Virus record (IMG/VR): IMGVR_UViG_3300028832_000096
DNA length: 64,000 bases
Reading direction: 5' to 3' (one strand)
Source of the DNA: a virus
Taxonomy: Duplodnaviria > Caudoviricetes
Both the position numbers and the translations under genes were made by a program. The notes beneath the pieces are model-generated. The model ran no database searches, had not been told where the DNA came from, and saw nothing but the letters and a program-made list of their open reading frames with translations. How positions within the stretch are numbered: position 1 is the stretch's first letter; each line of letters opens with the position of its first letter. Below are positions 48,083 to 58,443 of this stretch, in pieces.

Positions 48083-49527
48083 GCCGATATATCTCTAAAG
48101 GTAGGGTAAAGTGCTCCGAAATTTACCTTACCTGTACTTTCAATATTTTTAGTCTGTGTATAAGAACTAACACTGTATGTTTTACTATTCGCAATACTAA
48201 TTCCTTGAGAAACAGCTACTTCATTTGCATTACTCATTACTAATCTCTGTAACTTAAGCGTAGTAATAAATTGATTAGAAATGGAGTGGCTTACAGATGT
48301 TACATTGTAAACTCCCGATATTGGTGAAAGCGTATTACCGGACATTACTAATAACGATACAGGCTGTGCCAAAGTGTATTGTTTAACATTTCCAGGTATG
48401 GTAACAGAAAAGTCTCCTGAAAACTGCGAAGCTAATGCGTTTACATCATTGATGATATTAGCTGTTTGGAATACGTGAGCAAGTGATGCTGACCAGCTGT
48501 TAACTACTTTAGCATCTTGAACAATTGTATTACCGCTACCATCAACTGCAAAACCTACGTCAGCAAAAGACATATCAGTCATGTTGTAAGCTACGCCGTT
48601 GTAGGAACCATTGATGGAAAGTATATTAGTATTTGCTGTTCCGAATTCTAGTGTATCTGCTCCATGTGCAGTATACAGACCTGCGGTACTTTTGAAATGC
48701 ACTGTGCCTTTCTTAGTCATTGTAGGTTCTTCAACCCAGAAAGCAAAATTAGATGATTGCGGAGATGCATCACAAATAGAACGCTTCAAGTATTTAGAAA
48801 TAGGTGTAGTTTTAAGATTATTTTGAAGTGTACTTAACTTACCAGAACCTCGCTTAAGCCCTGCAGAATCTCTTGTAGCATTATAAGATTTTGCTAATCG
48901 CTGTAATCCAGGGAAAGTATTGTAGTTATCTTCGGTAGAATAATTACCCTTTATGTAAGCACTAACACTTGTAGTAAGCGCACCATGATTTACTAATGTA
49001 GGTGCATCATTGTGGTCAATATCAAGATTGTAATACTTATCAATCCCTAATGCTTTACATACACCTTCAACTACTGCAGACGGTTGAACAATTCCACAAA
49101 CTGCAGGAATATTATATGCAGGAATTGCGAACTTATATCCTATGGAAGCGTAGCCTGTAATTGTATATCGCATGTACAGACCATCGGTAGATGTTTGAAA
49201 TTTTAATGTATGACCCTGATATGCAACATTTTCAGTAATACCTCCATCTCTACCAAGCCAACCAAACATAAAGGATACAGGAATATCGCTGGATTCAGGA
49301 TATTGTCCTGCTGCTTGAGCTGCTGAATATAACAAAGCCTCAAATGCAGCAATGTTGGATTTCTTAGAATCATCACCACCTACAATAACTTGAAGTGTCC
49401 ACGAAGTGAATGATGTTATCTGCGAATTAGTTAATTCAAGAGAACAAAATGGTGACGGAATCTTTAAACCAAAGTCAGTTAGATTAACACCTGCAAGTGT
49501 GAATGAGCAAAAGGGCTGCTGGAACAT
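48079..49527 (-). CDS. baseplate hub protein (gp27/gpD-like)
   Basis: Position in the module; C-terminal SGVYNVTSVSHSISNQFITTLKLQR. Confidence 0.65.
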   Translation of the reverse strand: MFQQPFCSFTLAGVNLTDFGLKIPSPFCSLELTNSQITSFTSWTLQVIVGGDDSKKSNIAAFEALLYSAAQAAGQYPESSDIPVSFMFGWLGRDGGITENVAYQGHTLKFQTSTDGLYMRYTITGYASIGYKFAIPAYNIPAVCGIVQPSAVVEGVCKALGIDKYYNLDIDHNDAPTLVNHGALTTSVSAYIKGNYSTEDNYNTFPGLQRLAKSYNATRDSAGLKRGSGKLSTLQNNLKTTPISKYLKRSICDASPQSSNFAFWVEEPTMTKKGTVHFKSTAGLYTAHGADTLEFGTANTNILSINGSYNGVAYNMTDMSFADVGFAVDGSGNTIVQDAKVVNSWSASLAHVFQTANIINDVNALASQFSGDFSVTIPGNVKQYTLAQPVSLLVMSGNTLSPISGVYNVTSVSHSISNQFITTLKLQRLVMSNANEVAVSQGISIANSKTYSVSSYTQTKNIESTGKVNFGALYPTFRDISA

Positions 49528-49530
49528 AGA

Positions 49531-49962
49531 TTACTCCTCACCAAGATTCAATGATAATGCACTGATAGGTGCAAGTATTTCTCCTTGAGATAACAAAGCT
49601 GTTATGGTCTTAGGGATTATAATAGTTTGCCCTGCCCAAACTGTATAACCGTCTTCAATCTTGTTAAAATATGCAATGACCCAACTATATGTAGATGAGC
49701 CTAAGTACTTATCCGCAATAATATCTAATCTGTTCTCTTCAGTCAATTCAACTACGTGATAAATGACATCGAGTTTGTTTGTAGTGATAGGATTAACAGT
49801 CTCTAAAGTAACAAATCTGTCAGAAGAATCATCTAAGTAATGAGTTATCTGACGGAGGTTCCTATATCTAGAAATATGGTTGTAGTCAACACAAACACCA
49901 TAAGCGATGCCCTCATAGTCAATTACTTTATAAGGTTGTGTTAAATCTCTAATCTGTATCAT
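49531..49962 (-). CDS. LysM-like baseplate protein (gp53/gpX-like)
   Basis: RLDIIADKYLGSSTYSWVIAYFN...GQTIIIP. Confidence 0.78.
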   Translation of the reverse strand: MIQIRDLTQPYKVIDYEGIAYGVCVDYNHISRYRNLRQITHYLDDSSDRFVTLETVNPITTNKLDVIYHVVELTEENRLDIIADKYLGSSTYSWVIAYFNKIEDGYTVWAGQTIIIPKTITALLSQGEILAPISALSLNLGEE

Positions 49963-50957
49963 GATATCAACCCCTTAGATTTTACTGTATTATAATTGAG
50001 AGGTTCATCAGAAACTTCTGTAATTTCTAATGTTAATGTTAGTTCTAAGTAATATCCGTCTAAACCAAGCGGGCCTGTCCAATCTGCTTTTGCAGATGTC
50101 ATTATACCTGTAATTAGATTCTTACCGTTGAGATACAAAGTAACTCTAGGTGCGTTTACTGCAGAACCTTGATAATCAGGGAAGCAGTTTGCTTCGCAGA
50201 ATCTAACTAACTTGTTTGCAAGACCGTCTCTATGGTCGCCTGTCCACATGTCCCTGTGCATGTGAAAACTAAACGAATTGCTCCTCGGACCAGAATCTTT
50301 GTATACATACCAAGGTTCGTATTGATAAAGCATATTAGGCATCTGGTCGTAATTTGCTGTGTATCCATCGGAATATTCTTCAGGATATACTGGAAAGTCC
50401 ATTGACTCACCTGAAAGATGCGAATATAAACTAATCTTACCCCAAGGAAGTTTAAACCATTCAAACGGGTCGGTTCGTTTACTACCAGAACTTGCGTTAA
50501 GTGCGCCATAAGTTGTTGTAGCAGCTACGCTGTATTCTGTGAAGATTTCAGGATGTACAGTTCCATCTTCTTTTAATGAATCTATACATTTATTATAAAG
50601 CTCTGTAGATATTGGTTCGTTGTTTCCTAAAATCTTATCAGAAGAAGGTAATTGAATCTCTTGAGGAATTCTGATGTGGTCAGGAAATGTTCCATAGGCA
50701 GATAAAGAGACCCAATCTTTCTCATCTCCTAATGCTGCTTTTTCATAAACATCGGAATTTGCTACAAGAGTATTAAGAGTATTTATCTTTGATTGAGCAT
50801 CTACAGTTCCAGATAAATCTCTTTCGAACAACTGCTTGCCAATATTAACACCACGTTTAAGTCCATTAGCATTAAGAATATAATCTACATTTTGCTGTCC
50901 AACAACTTGTGCTAAATCAGATAATGTAGTTTCTGGAGTTATTTGTAAATATTTCAT
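49959..50957 (-). CDS. tail tube initiator-like protein with N-terminal LysM-like domain
   Basis: TTLSDLAQ...ILNANGL; FPVYPEEYSD...SGPRSNSFSF...PRVTL. Confidence 0.55.
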   Translation of the reverse strand: MKYLQITPETTLSDLAQVVGQQNVDYILNANGLKRGVNIGKQLFERDLSGTVDAQSKINTLNTLVANSDVYEKAALGDEKDWVSLSAYGTFPDHIRIPQEIQLPSSDKILGNNEPISTELYNKCIDSLKEDGTVHPEIFTEYSVAATTTYGALNASSGSKRTDPFEWFKLPWGKISLYSHLSGESMDFPVYPEEYSDGYTANYDQMPNMLYQYEPWYVYKDSGPRSNSFSFHMHRDMWTGDHRDGLANKLVRFCEANCFPDYQGSAVNAPRVTLYLNGKNLITGIMTSAKADWTGPLGLDGYYLELTLTLEITEVSDEPLNYNTVKSKGLIS

Positions 50958-50961
50958 CTAC

Positions 50962-51651
50962 TTATGCCTCCAATCTTAATTGCTTAATTACATGAGGCTC
51001 ACCGAATACTGTCGGAGGACGGATACCTGATGTCAATGTCGAAATATACTTTGTGCTGGTTGCGTAACAAAGGGCGCATGAATGATTGGTGAATTTATTG
51101 CTGATATTGTTATCGCCTAAGAGCGCCAAAGTATCATAAATATCTTGATATTCTGAATTGTTATATACTACTTCGCCTAACATGTATGTATAAATCCAGT
51201 CCGGAATAGAATAAGATGCAGCATCTTCCTTGCCTTGATGCTCAAGATACTGTGAAATTGTTTGTACAATGTAATCTTTCAACTTATCATATTCGCTTTT
51301 AAGACTTACAGTGCTAACAACATCACCCGCTTTGTTGAGCTTATTATACATCAAATCTTGTTCGATAAAAGGATTAGGATAATTATCGTCAAAGAAGTAT
51401 TCACAGAATGTCCAATCAGCGGTCTTAAATTCACCAGGTTCTATATCATGTTTGCAAACATAGATGCTATTTTGATAAGTAACATAATCACCTGCTGAAT
51501 AGCTCTTTGTAGAATCAAATTCCGGTGGAGTTTCACCTAGATGTATAAACGCGTCAAACATCTCCTTATCAGAAATGAGGTGATAAGGATAACTAGGCAA
51601 GTAACCTAATCTAGAATATTTGATTTTTATAATGTCGTGAATGAATGACAT
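50962..51651 (-). CDS. structural protein with carbohydrate-binding-like (CBM5/12-type) insert
   Basis: FDSTKSYSAGDYVTYQNSIYVC...W. Confidence 0.55.
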   Translation of the reverse strand: MSFIHDIIKIKYSRLGYLPSYPYHLISDKEMFDAFIHLGETPPEFDSTKSYSAGDYVTYQNSIYVCKHDIEPGEFKTADWTFCEYFFDDNYPNPFIEQDLMYNKLNKAGDVVSTVSLKSEYDKLKDYIVQTISQYLEHQGKEDAASYSIPDWIYTYMLGEVVYNNSEYQDIYDTLALLGDNNISNKFTNHSCALCYATSTKYISTLTSGIRPPTVFGEPHVIKQLRLEA

Positions 51652-54599
51652 TAGAGTGTTGTTCCTCCGTAGAAGATATGGAATGAACCGGCTTCCCAAC
51701 CATCAATAGACGGAACTCCGCCGATTACTTTTGTAGGTGCATTCATATATGCTGCGCTTAAAAATTCTGTTACAGAATCAAATGCAGCAGTACCTGAAGA
51801 AACATCATCAGTACTTGATTGATATTCACCGGTCTTAAGTGTAAAGTTAGTATCAATTACTATCCACTCGTTGATAGTTCCCGGCTTGTATGCTGTTGTA
51901 AATGAACCTGTTACCTTAAGAGGGCTTACTAAGCATCTCTTCGGATAAGATAATTCAGTTCCTTGAGGCAAGTCAAATGTATCTCCAATGATAGCCCTAC
52001 CCGAAGTTACATTTGTTGCAGTTGAATTATCTGCGACCATTACGCTGCATCCGACGATATCGCCTGTACCGCTAAATGTAATGCTCCTAAGTGCATATGA
52101 ATAGTGATTATCATTCGGGTTGTCTTCATTCCAGAATGCAATGTCTTGAGATGCTAAAGGAGCGTCAGGTTGTGAAATTTCCATTCCAGTTACTAACAAT
52201 GCAGGGTCTGTTTCTTCAAACTGATTATACCACAAGGTTATATCAGTAAATCCTGTAGCACCATTAGCTCGGAAATTATTAGTATCACAAGCCCTTATGT
52301 AGTTAAATACGCTTGCATCGTAGTAGATGCAACTTCTAACTACATTAATTACAGGAGTACCTGAAATGTTGCTGTCGATTCTAATCTTTTCACAATCAAC
52401 AATATTGAGAATTGTGTAAGAAGTAGCTTCACCTAATATGTGTAAGTGTACAGCTGTGCCAAATCTAGAATCGATATTACAGATATTAATCTGAGTAGGT
52501 TCTTCTGTTTGTTCCTCTGCAGGAAGTGTGATATAGAGATGAATAACATTAGGTAGAGCAGAAATTGTAGGGATTACAGAAAATGCTACTCTGTTGTTTA
52601 CATATTCATCAAGAACTTCCTGCAATGCTTCAGCGGTAAGGGTTGCAGATGTCTTGTAATCTGAACCTAACTGATAAGCAAGTGCACCATTGCGGAGTAA
52701 CTCATAATCGATTAATTTTAATCTGCCACTATCGTCAAGAGTTACATATCCACCATCGATTTCTGTAGGGTCTGTATTATAGAAACCGCCTATCTGGTCA
52801 ACATTTGCAAGAGGGATACCTCCAGTGATAAGGATATACTTTGACCAGGTCTGCTTTGCGGTTCCCGATACTTTATAGTAGAAAGGTACTATTACATTAT
52901 CCCTTGTGTTATGATAGTCTACTTGGAAGTAATCCTGACCTGTAGTGCCTTTAAACGATGTATAATCAAATAATGTACTTACATTATCTGAAATAAGCAT
53001 CTCCCAATCGTTAGCGTCCCACTCACCTGAAGTATCTTCCTTGCACTTATACGTTCCTTTATCATGTGCAACATAATCACCTACATGATAAGATTCTGCA
53101 GTGTCGTAGAAATCAGCTAAGTGAGCCATTGCTTCCATTTCAGAATCAACTAAAACCGAATCACCTGCCCAGATAACACCGCTAGTATCGCCTAGCCTAA
53201 CTCCTGTAGGCATTGTTTCAGAATACTGAACTGCCTGTACTGTACCCGGAAGGACTTTATACATTGTAGAAGGAGCACCTTCGGAATCTTCTGTCTGTGC
53301 TGTATAATCTTCTCTAACGAAAATGTAATCACCGTTCTCATATCCTGAATCAGGTATTGTAGGCATTACATATTTTTCATCTTTGGAATCTAACCAAAGA
53401 ATCATGCGTCCTGCAGGAGACTGCTTTAAACTACCAACCTTATCTGAAAGATTTTTGATTACTTGAGTATATTCTGCGTCAACAGTTCCTGACGAACCTG
53501 ATAAATAATTAGCCTTAGGGAGTTTAATATCTCTAGGAGGGAAATAGATTTCGCTGTTATCAAAACTCTTAGCCTGGTCAATTTGCTGATGAGGAACTAC
53601 TAAGTGTACAAAACCATCATTTGTTGATACAAATGTAGCTTGCGGAATAGCTTTATTCGGGTCATCTGTCATTTCAACTGCTTCAGGATTAGCGTCCCAA
53701 ACCATCAAGCTACCAGTAGAATCACACCAAGTGTTCTTTTTAGTGCTTGAACCTTGACCAGAGAATGTGTATAACTTATGCGGATTAAGTGTTTTCTTAG
53801 AAATGAAATTGTCATCTAAGACCTCTGCAATGTTATCAATTCTGCCTGAATTCAGATAAGATACTTTATACTTATTCTGAATAATTGCCTCAGGATTTAT
53901 TGAACCATTTACATAAATGAAATCAGCTAACTTGAGGTCTGCAGTTACTTTTGACCTATCTGTAGGAGAATCGCTAGGTGTTTTGAAATTGTCTTTCAAC
54001 TCAACAACAAGCTGCACACCGGTATATGTATTGTCTTCATTTTCAACAAGCATTGAACCTGCCATTGTGCTTTCAGTGCTGTAGTATGCTTTGATACCTA
54101 CAGACAATTCACCAATTAAAGGAGCTTGTGAAAGTTTAGTTAACTGAGCATTTGCTAATGCAAGGTCAATAATCATCGGAGCTAATGTCTGAACATAATG
54201 TCCATTGATTACAGCACGACCAGGAGCAATCTGAATGATTGATGTAGATGCAGTTGAACCTGGTTTAATTACTTCTAACCACTTATTCTTGTCAAACGGT
54301 TCAGGAGTAACAACAGCTTCAATGCAAACATAAGTAGCGGAGTTGTATGTTACATACTCTCCGATAGAATATGTTTGCGTAGAATCATATTCAGATGCTT
54401 CAAGACCAGATAACAGAGATACTGCAAAGTCATCAGGTCCATGTACAAATGAGGGACCAACTTCATACTTAATGTTAGGGTCAGTTGCTACCATCTCTCT
54501 TGCACGGAGATTGTATTCTGAAACTAACTGGCCACCATTTGAAGAGTTACTAAGTGGAAATATATTAGTAGAAGCTACTGCGAATGTTGGAAAATGCAT
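51651..54599 (-). CDS. large tail/baseplate protein with two CBM5/12-like inserts
   Basis: YDSTQTYSIGEYVTYNSATYVC and YDTAESYHVGDYVAHDKGTYKC. Confidence 0.65.
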   Translation of the reverse strand: MHFPTFAVASTNIFPLSNSSNGGQLVSEYNLRAREMVATDPNIKYEVGPSFVHGPDDFAVSLLSGLEASEYDSTQTYSIGEYVTYNSATYVCIEAVVTPEPFDKNKWLEVIKPGSTASTSIIQIAPGRAVINGHYVQTLAPMIIDLALANAQLTKLSQAPLIGELSVGIKAYYSTESTMAGSMLVENEDNTYTGVQLVVELKDNFKTPSDSPTDRSKVTADLKLADFIYVNGSINPEAIIQNKYKVSYLNSGRIDNIAEVLDDNFISKKTLNPHKLYTFSGQGSSTKKNTWCDSTGSLMVWDANPEAVEMTDDPNKAIPQATFVSTNDGFVHLVVPHQQIDQAKSFDNSEIYFPPRDIKLPKANYLSGSSGTVDAEYTQVIKNLSDKVGSLKQSPAGRMILWLDSKDEKYVMPTIPDSGYENGDYIFVREDYTAQTEDSEGAPSTMYKVLPGTVQAVQYSETMPTGVRLGDTSGVIWAGDSVLVDSEMEAMAHLADFYDTAESYHVGDYVAHDKGTYKCKEDTSGEWDANDWEMLISDNVSTLFDYTSFKGTTGQDYFQVDYHNTRDNVIVPFYYKVSGTAKQTWSKYILITGGIPLANVDQIGGFYNTDPTEIDGGYVTLDDSGRLKLIDYELLRNGALAYQLGSDYKTSATLTAEALQEVLDEYVNNRVAFSVIPTISALPNVIHLYITLPAEEQTEEPTQINICNIDSRFGTAVHLHILGEATSYTILNIVDCEKIRIDSNISGTPVINVVRSCIYYDASVFNYIRACDTNNFRANGATGFTDITLWYNQFEETDPALLVTGMEISQPDAPLASQDIAFWNEDNPNDNHYSYALRSITFSGTGDIVGCSVMVADNSTATNVTSGRAIIGDTFDLPQGTELSYPKRCLVSPLKVTGSFTTAYKPGTINEWIVIDTNFTLKTGEYQSSTDDVSSGTAAFDSVTEFLSAAYMNAPTKVIGGVPSIDGWEAGSFHIFYGGTTL

Positions 54600-54637
54600 C
54601 TATAATCCTCCAAATCTATTTATTTCTAATAAAGGTA

Positions 54638-57600
54638 TCAACCTTGCTTTGTTACGCCTAAACCAAGTGCACTCATTGTGTCGATAAGCGATAATCCGCC
54701 AGCCTTTGTATTCTGCAATTGCATCATCGCCTCTAATATGATAACAATTTTACCTAACAGTGCGTTTGCTTGCATCTGAGGGTCCATCTCAGCTAACTGC
54801 TCTGCAGTGAATTCTGTCATTACATTTGCGAGAGCAAGAAGTGCTTCGGTTTGCTTTGTGCCTTCTGCTCGAGATACTGTACCCCAAGCTTCAGCAGTTG
54901 CAACAGAATCTTTGTATTTGCCTACCCTTTCAATATACTCATACCATGCTTGCATACACGTAACATATTTACTACCATCTTCCATAAATGTAGTATGGAA
55001 GTTAGTGTTAAGTTTCACTAACTCATTGATTAAAGTTGTATGAGATGTGTCACCAATCTGACTACTGATGAATTCTTGATTAGCTTGTATCTTTGCTAAT
55101 GCTTCATGTGCTAAGTTAAAGTGAGTATCAAATGTTCCACCAACACCAAATGCTTTAGCGAATTCTGCAATAAACGGATTCCAAACAGCGGTCTGATAAA
55201 TTCCACTAGCTCCGTTTTCATAATCCCAGAATTTTCTATTTTGATTCCAGAACTTCTCTTCATCTTCTTTTCTTGCTTGTTCTTTAAGTGCACCTTCTTT
55301 TCCTTGATTTGCATCAAAGTAAGAACGAGCAGATTCCATTGAAAGCCCTGCAGTAGATAATGCAGAATTTACATCGGAAATTCCGAACTTTTTCGCTGTT
55401 TTAACCCAAGCATCAGCAGTCATCGACTTTGCTGCTTCAGGTGCAGAATCTAACCAAGCCTGGACACGACGTACTGTATCTGCATCGGCATTAGCAGAAG
55501 CAGTTGCAGCAGATGATGCTCTAACAGCTGTTGCTAATACTTTAGCTTGTGAAGAATTTAATACACTAAGTGCGCTTTTACCTACACCAGTAAATCCTGC
55601 ATATTTTGAAACAGCTTTAGTTAAGTTAGCTCCTAAGTTCTTAGCTGTTCCGTAATTACCTGAACCACCTAATCTGTCCCAAGCAGCGTTCCAACCGGCA
55701 CCCGTTGTAAGATTATCACCTTGGCCTACGTAATCGGCAGCTGCTTGCATAAGTCCTACAGGAGTAATATAACCTGCTATCTGACCGAATTTTGTAAAAC
55801 CAGAAGCAAATCCAGATGTAGAATACTGTACATTGTTTTTGCCTCCCATCATTTCAATGAGAGGTTTAACTAAGTTCAAGTTACCTGCATTTTGCGAAGT
55901 GAGGTTCCTAAAAGCAGCTGCATTGCTTCCAACAGCACCCCTTTCAAGAATATCTGCAAGATTTGCTGTTTTACCTGCACTTTCAGCTTGTGTCGCTTCT
56001 AACTTACTAACGCCTTGTGCAATCCAACCAATAGGATTTAAGAGATTAATAACATTAGCAACAGCGCCTCTGATACCTTCGAGGAATTGTAAAGCCGCAC
56101 CCTGGAGGCTTACTGCGTACTCATTTTCTTTGAGTTCATTAGCAATCTGCTCATCCCACATGTGCTGCTGAATAGCACGACCTGCTTCACTATCAATTAC
56201 ATAAGCAAGACCTTGTTCAGTAATGATATTGTTGATTTCTTGAAGTTTAAGCTGTTCTGCAGTTGTTGTAGCTTCACCACTCTGAAGCAATGCCATATTC
56301 TCTGCAAGTGAAAGGTTGTTTACTGACATCTCTTGAATAGCATTTGCAAGAGTATTAAAATCAACCCTTGCGAAAGCTTTCATATCTACGCCAAATACAG
56401 AAGAAAGTCCTTCCGCAACTTCCATATAGTTGTCAGGACTCATATTCTGCAAGTTAGCGAGATTAGAGAAGAGAGATACAAATATACCCTTCGGGTCTTT
56501 TGCTAATGCTTGTAAGAATGCTGTATTACCTGCGTTAACACCTGCAAGAGAACGTAAAGCAACTATTGTATCGCTGTTACCGCCAATAGCAGCATTAACT
56601 ACATTTTGTACAAGCCCATTAGCTAAATCAGGGGCAATTTCTCCAACTACTGCAGATACCGCTGTAAGTGTGCCTGAAATGTCTGCAGCATTATTAGTTT
56701 TAGCGCTTTGTGCAATCTCTACTGCATTTGCAAATAACGAAGAAGCATCTTTAAGTCCTGTTGTAAAACCACCAGTTAATGTTCTGCTAGAATACAACAA
56801 GTTACTTGCGAACAACTCTAACTGAGAATTAGCGTATGCAAGGGCTTCCTCTTGGCTACCGCCTTGAGCAATAATCTGTGCAGCTAATTCTGAATATGTA
56901 GAAGCATACTGAACGAAGTTTTCAGTAGGAATTAATGCAGATAACTTAGTAGCTTGATATGCGAACTCTTCTGCTACCTTACCACTTAATCCGCTTTCTA
57001 ATACAGAACTCAGATTATTGATAACAGAAGTAGCGGCAATAGAGGAACCATAACCTTCTTGGTTTAACCTTTCAGCTACGCCTGAATAATACGCATAAGT
57101 ATTTTCTTTTGTATAGCCTTGTGTTAAACTAACCTTAGCAAGATTTGCATCCCAAGTATTTTGCCAATCTTCAGCGGCCTTCTTAAGGATTTCAAAAGGC
57201 TCACGAGCAAGATACTCGAGGTCTTTCTGCATTCTTTCCTGTGCATTCTTAAGACGCTGTTTTCTAGTATCTTCCTCACGAGTAAATGCTTTACCAAAAG
57301 CAGATATCTTAGCAGCAATTCCGGATATAAGCGGGCTTACTGCTTTAAGGACTACTATAAGTACGAGGAGTAACGGAACTGCTTTACTGAGAGCAGATAT
57401 AGCACCACTAAGTGCACTACCTGCACCACTCATGGAACCTGCAGCTGCTGTAGCTCCTGCTTTACCTGCAGCACCTGCTGCACTGCTTGCACCGGCATTA
57501 GACATTGCAGAAGACGCAGCACTTGCACCTTCTCCAGCTTTGCCTATGAACTTGCCCCAGACCTTATTGAGAGCATCTCTAGCTGCTTTTTGGTCAGCAT

Positions 57601-58114
57601 TTTTAGGGTCAAACATTCCGTTAATTAACTTAGTTCCAGCTTTTTGAATCTTATCAGTTAAAGCTTTACCTAATTTAGAATTAGCGAACTGTTTGCCTAA
57701 TTCCTTTCCCATTTCGTGAGAAAGGTCTTTCAACTCAAAACCAAATTCCTTAGAGAATTCAGATAAAGCACCATTTACGGATTTTTTGAAATCTCCACCT
57801 GCAAATACGTCTTTAAATCCGTCTTTGAGTCCGGTCTCGAAATCATCGAAGGCGTTACCGGTTCGTCTGTAGTCTTGGGAGGCTCTTGCTCTCGCATTTG
57901 GGCCATACGCCATCTCATTTTGTCTATCGCGAAAGGTAGACTGAGAGACGTTTTTAGGATTGAGTTGCCTTTCAGCTTTGAGGGCATCTTGGACACCTTG
58001 CGCAACAGCGTTACGCATATCGGTATATGATGTTTTACCGAGTACATCCGCTAATGCATCTCTATTGCTAGAATATTGCTGTTGATTGTTCTGTCCGTTT
58101 GTGTTGTCTGCCAT
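54638..58114 (-). CDS. tape measure protein
   Basis: 1158 aa, Ala/Gly-rich and helical, with a hydrophobic segment; follows the chaperone pair. Confidence 0.82.
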   Translation of the reverse strand: MADNTNGQNNQQQYSSNRDALADVLGKTSYTDMRNAVAQGVQDALKAERQLNPKNVSQSTFRDRQNEMAYGPNARARASQDYRRTGNAFDDFETGLKDGFKDVFAGGDFKKSVNGALSEFSKEFGFELKDLSHEMGKELGKQFANSKLGKALTDKIQKAGTKLINGMFDPKNADQKAARDALNKVWGKFIGKAGEGASAASSAMSNAGASSAAGAAGKAGATAAAGSMSGAGSALSGAISALSKAVPLLLVLIVVLKAVSPLISGIAAKISAFGKAFTREEDTRKQRLKNAQERMQKDLEYLAREPFEILKKAAEDWQNTWDANLAKVSLTQGYTKENTYAYYSGVAERLNQEGYGSSIAATSVINNLSSVLESGLSGKVAEEFAYQATKLSALIPTENFVQYASTYSELAAQIIAQGGSQEEALAYANSQLELFASNLLYSSRTLTGGFTTGLKDASSLFANAVEIAQSAKTNNAADISGTLTAVSAVVGEIAPDLANGLVQNVVNAAIGGNSDTIVALRSLAGVNAGNTAFLQALAKDPKGIFVSLFSNLANLQNMSPDNYMEVAEGLSSVFGVDMKAFARVDFNTLANAIQEMSVNNLSLAENMALLQSGEATTTAEQLKLQEINNIITEQGLAYVIDSEAGRAIQQHMWDEQIANELKENEYAVSLQGAALQFLEGIRGAVANVINLLNPIGWIAQGVSKLEATQAESAGKTANLADILERGAVGSNAAAFRNLTSQNAGNLNLVKPLIEMMGGKNNVQYSTSGFASGFTKFGQIAGYITPVGLMQAAADYVGQGDNLTTGAGWNAAWDRLGGSGNYGTAKNLGANLTKAVSKYAGFTGVGKSALSVLNSSQAKVLATAVRASSAATASANADADTVRRVQAWLDSAPEAAKSMTADAWVKTAKKFGISDVNSALSTAGLSMESARSYFDANQGKEGALKEQARKEDEEKFWNQNRKFWDYENGASGIYQTAVWNPFIAEFAKAFGVGGTFDTHFNLAHEALAKIQANQEFISSQIGDTSHTTLINELVKLNTNFHTTFMEDGSKYVTCMQAWYEYIERVGKYKDSVATAEAWGTVSRAEGTKQTEALLALANVMTEFTAEQLAEMDPQMQANALLGKIVIILEAMMQLQNTKAGGLSLIDTMSALGLGVTKQG

Positions 58115-58116
58115 GG

Positions 58117-58443
58117 CTACTTACTTCGTCTTGCTGCAGCTTTATCAAGCTCCTGTTGTCTTTCTTTTAGCTCTTTTTCAAAAGCAGCTACGTACTTTTC
58201 TCTTACAAATATAGGTTGTTGCATAACCCATTCTGCACTTACTGCGCCTTCTGAAGCTCTTGATATGAATAATGTTTCATCGATAATGCGTTCATATCTA
58301 TCTTGACGCATATCGTGAAATGTTTTTAGTTCTCCATTAACTTTTACTAGCTCCCGTAGCGGGTCCACTTGACTTCTCGGTACGTCTATCATCCTTCCAG
58401 GCCCTGAGATTTCCCAAGGTCGGGCGAAAGAACCTATCGTCAA
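58117..58443 (-). CDS. tail assembly chaperone second ORF (gp51-like); start uncertain
   Basis: EWVMQQPIFVREKYV...ELKERQQE; overlaps the upstream gene in the +1 frame. Confidence 0.6.
   Translation of the reverse strand: MTIGSFARPWEISGPGRMIDVPRSQVDPLRELVKVNGELKTFHDMRQDRYERIIDETLFISRASEGAVSAEWVMQQPIFVREKYVAAFEKELKERQQELDKAAARRSK

Noticed and set aside
58410-58417. Lambda-type -1 slippery site G GGA AAT
   Set aside because: The -1 frame reaches TGA after a few codons, and the downstream ORF is in the +1 frame.
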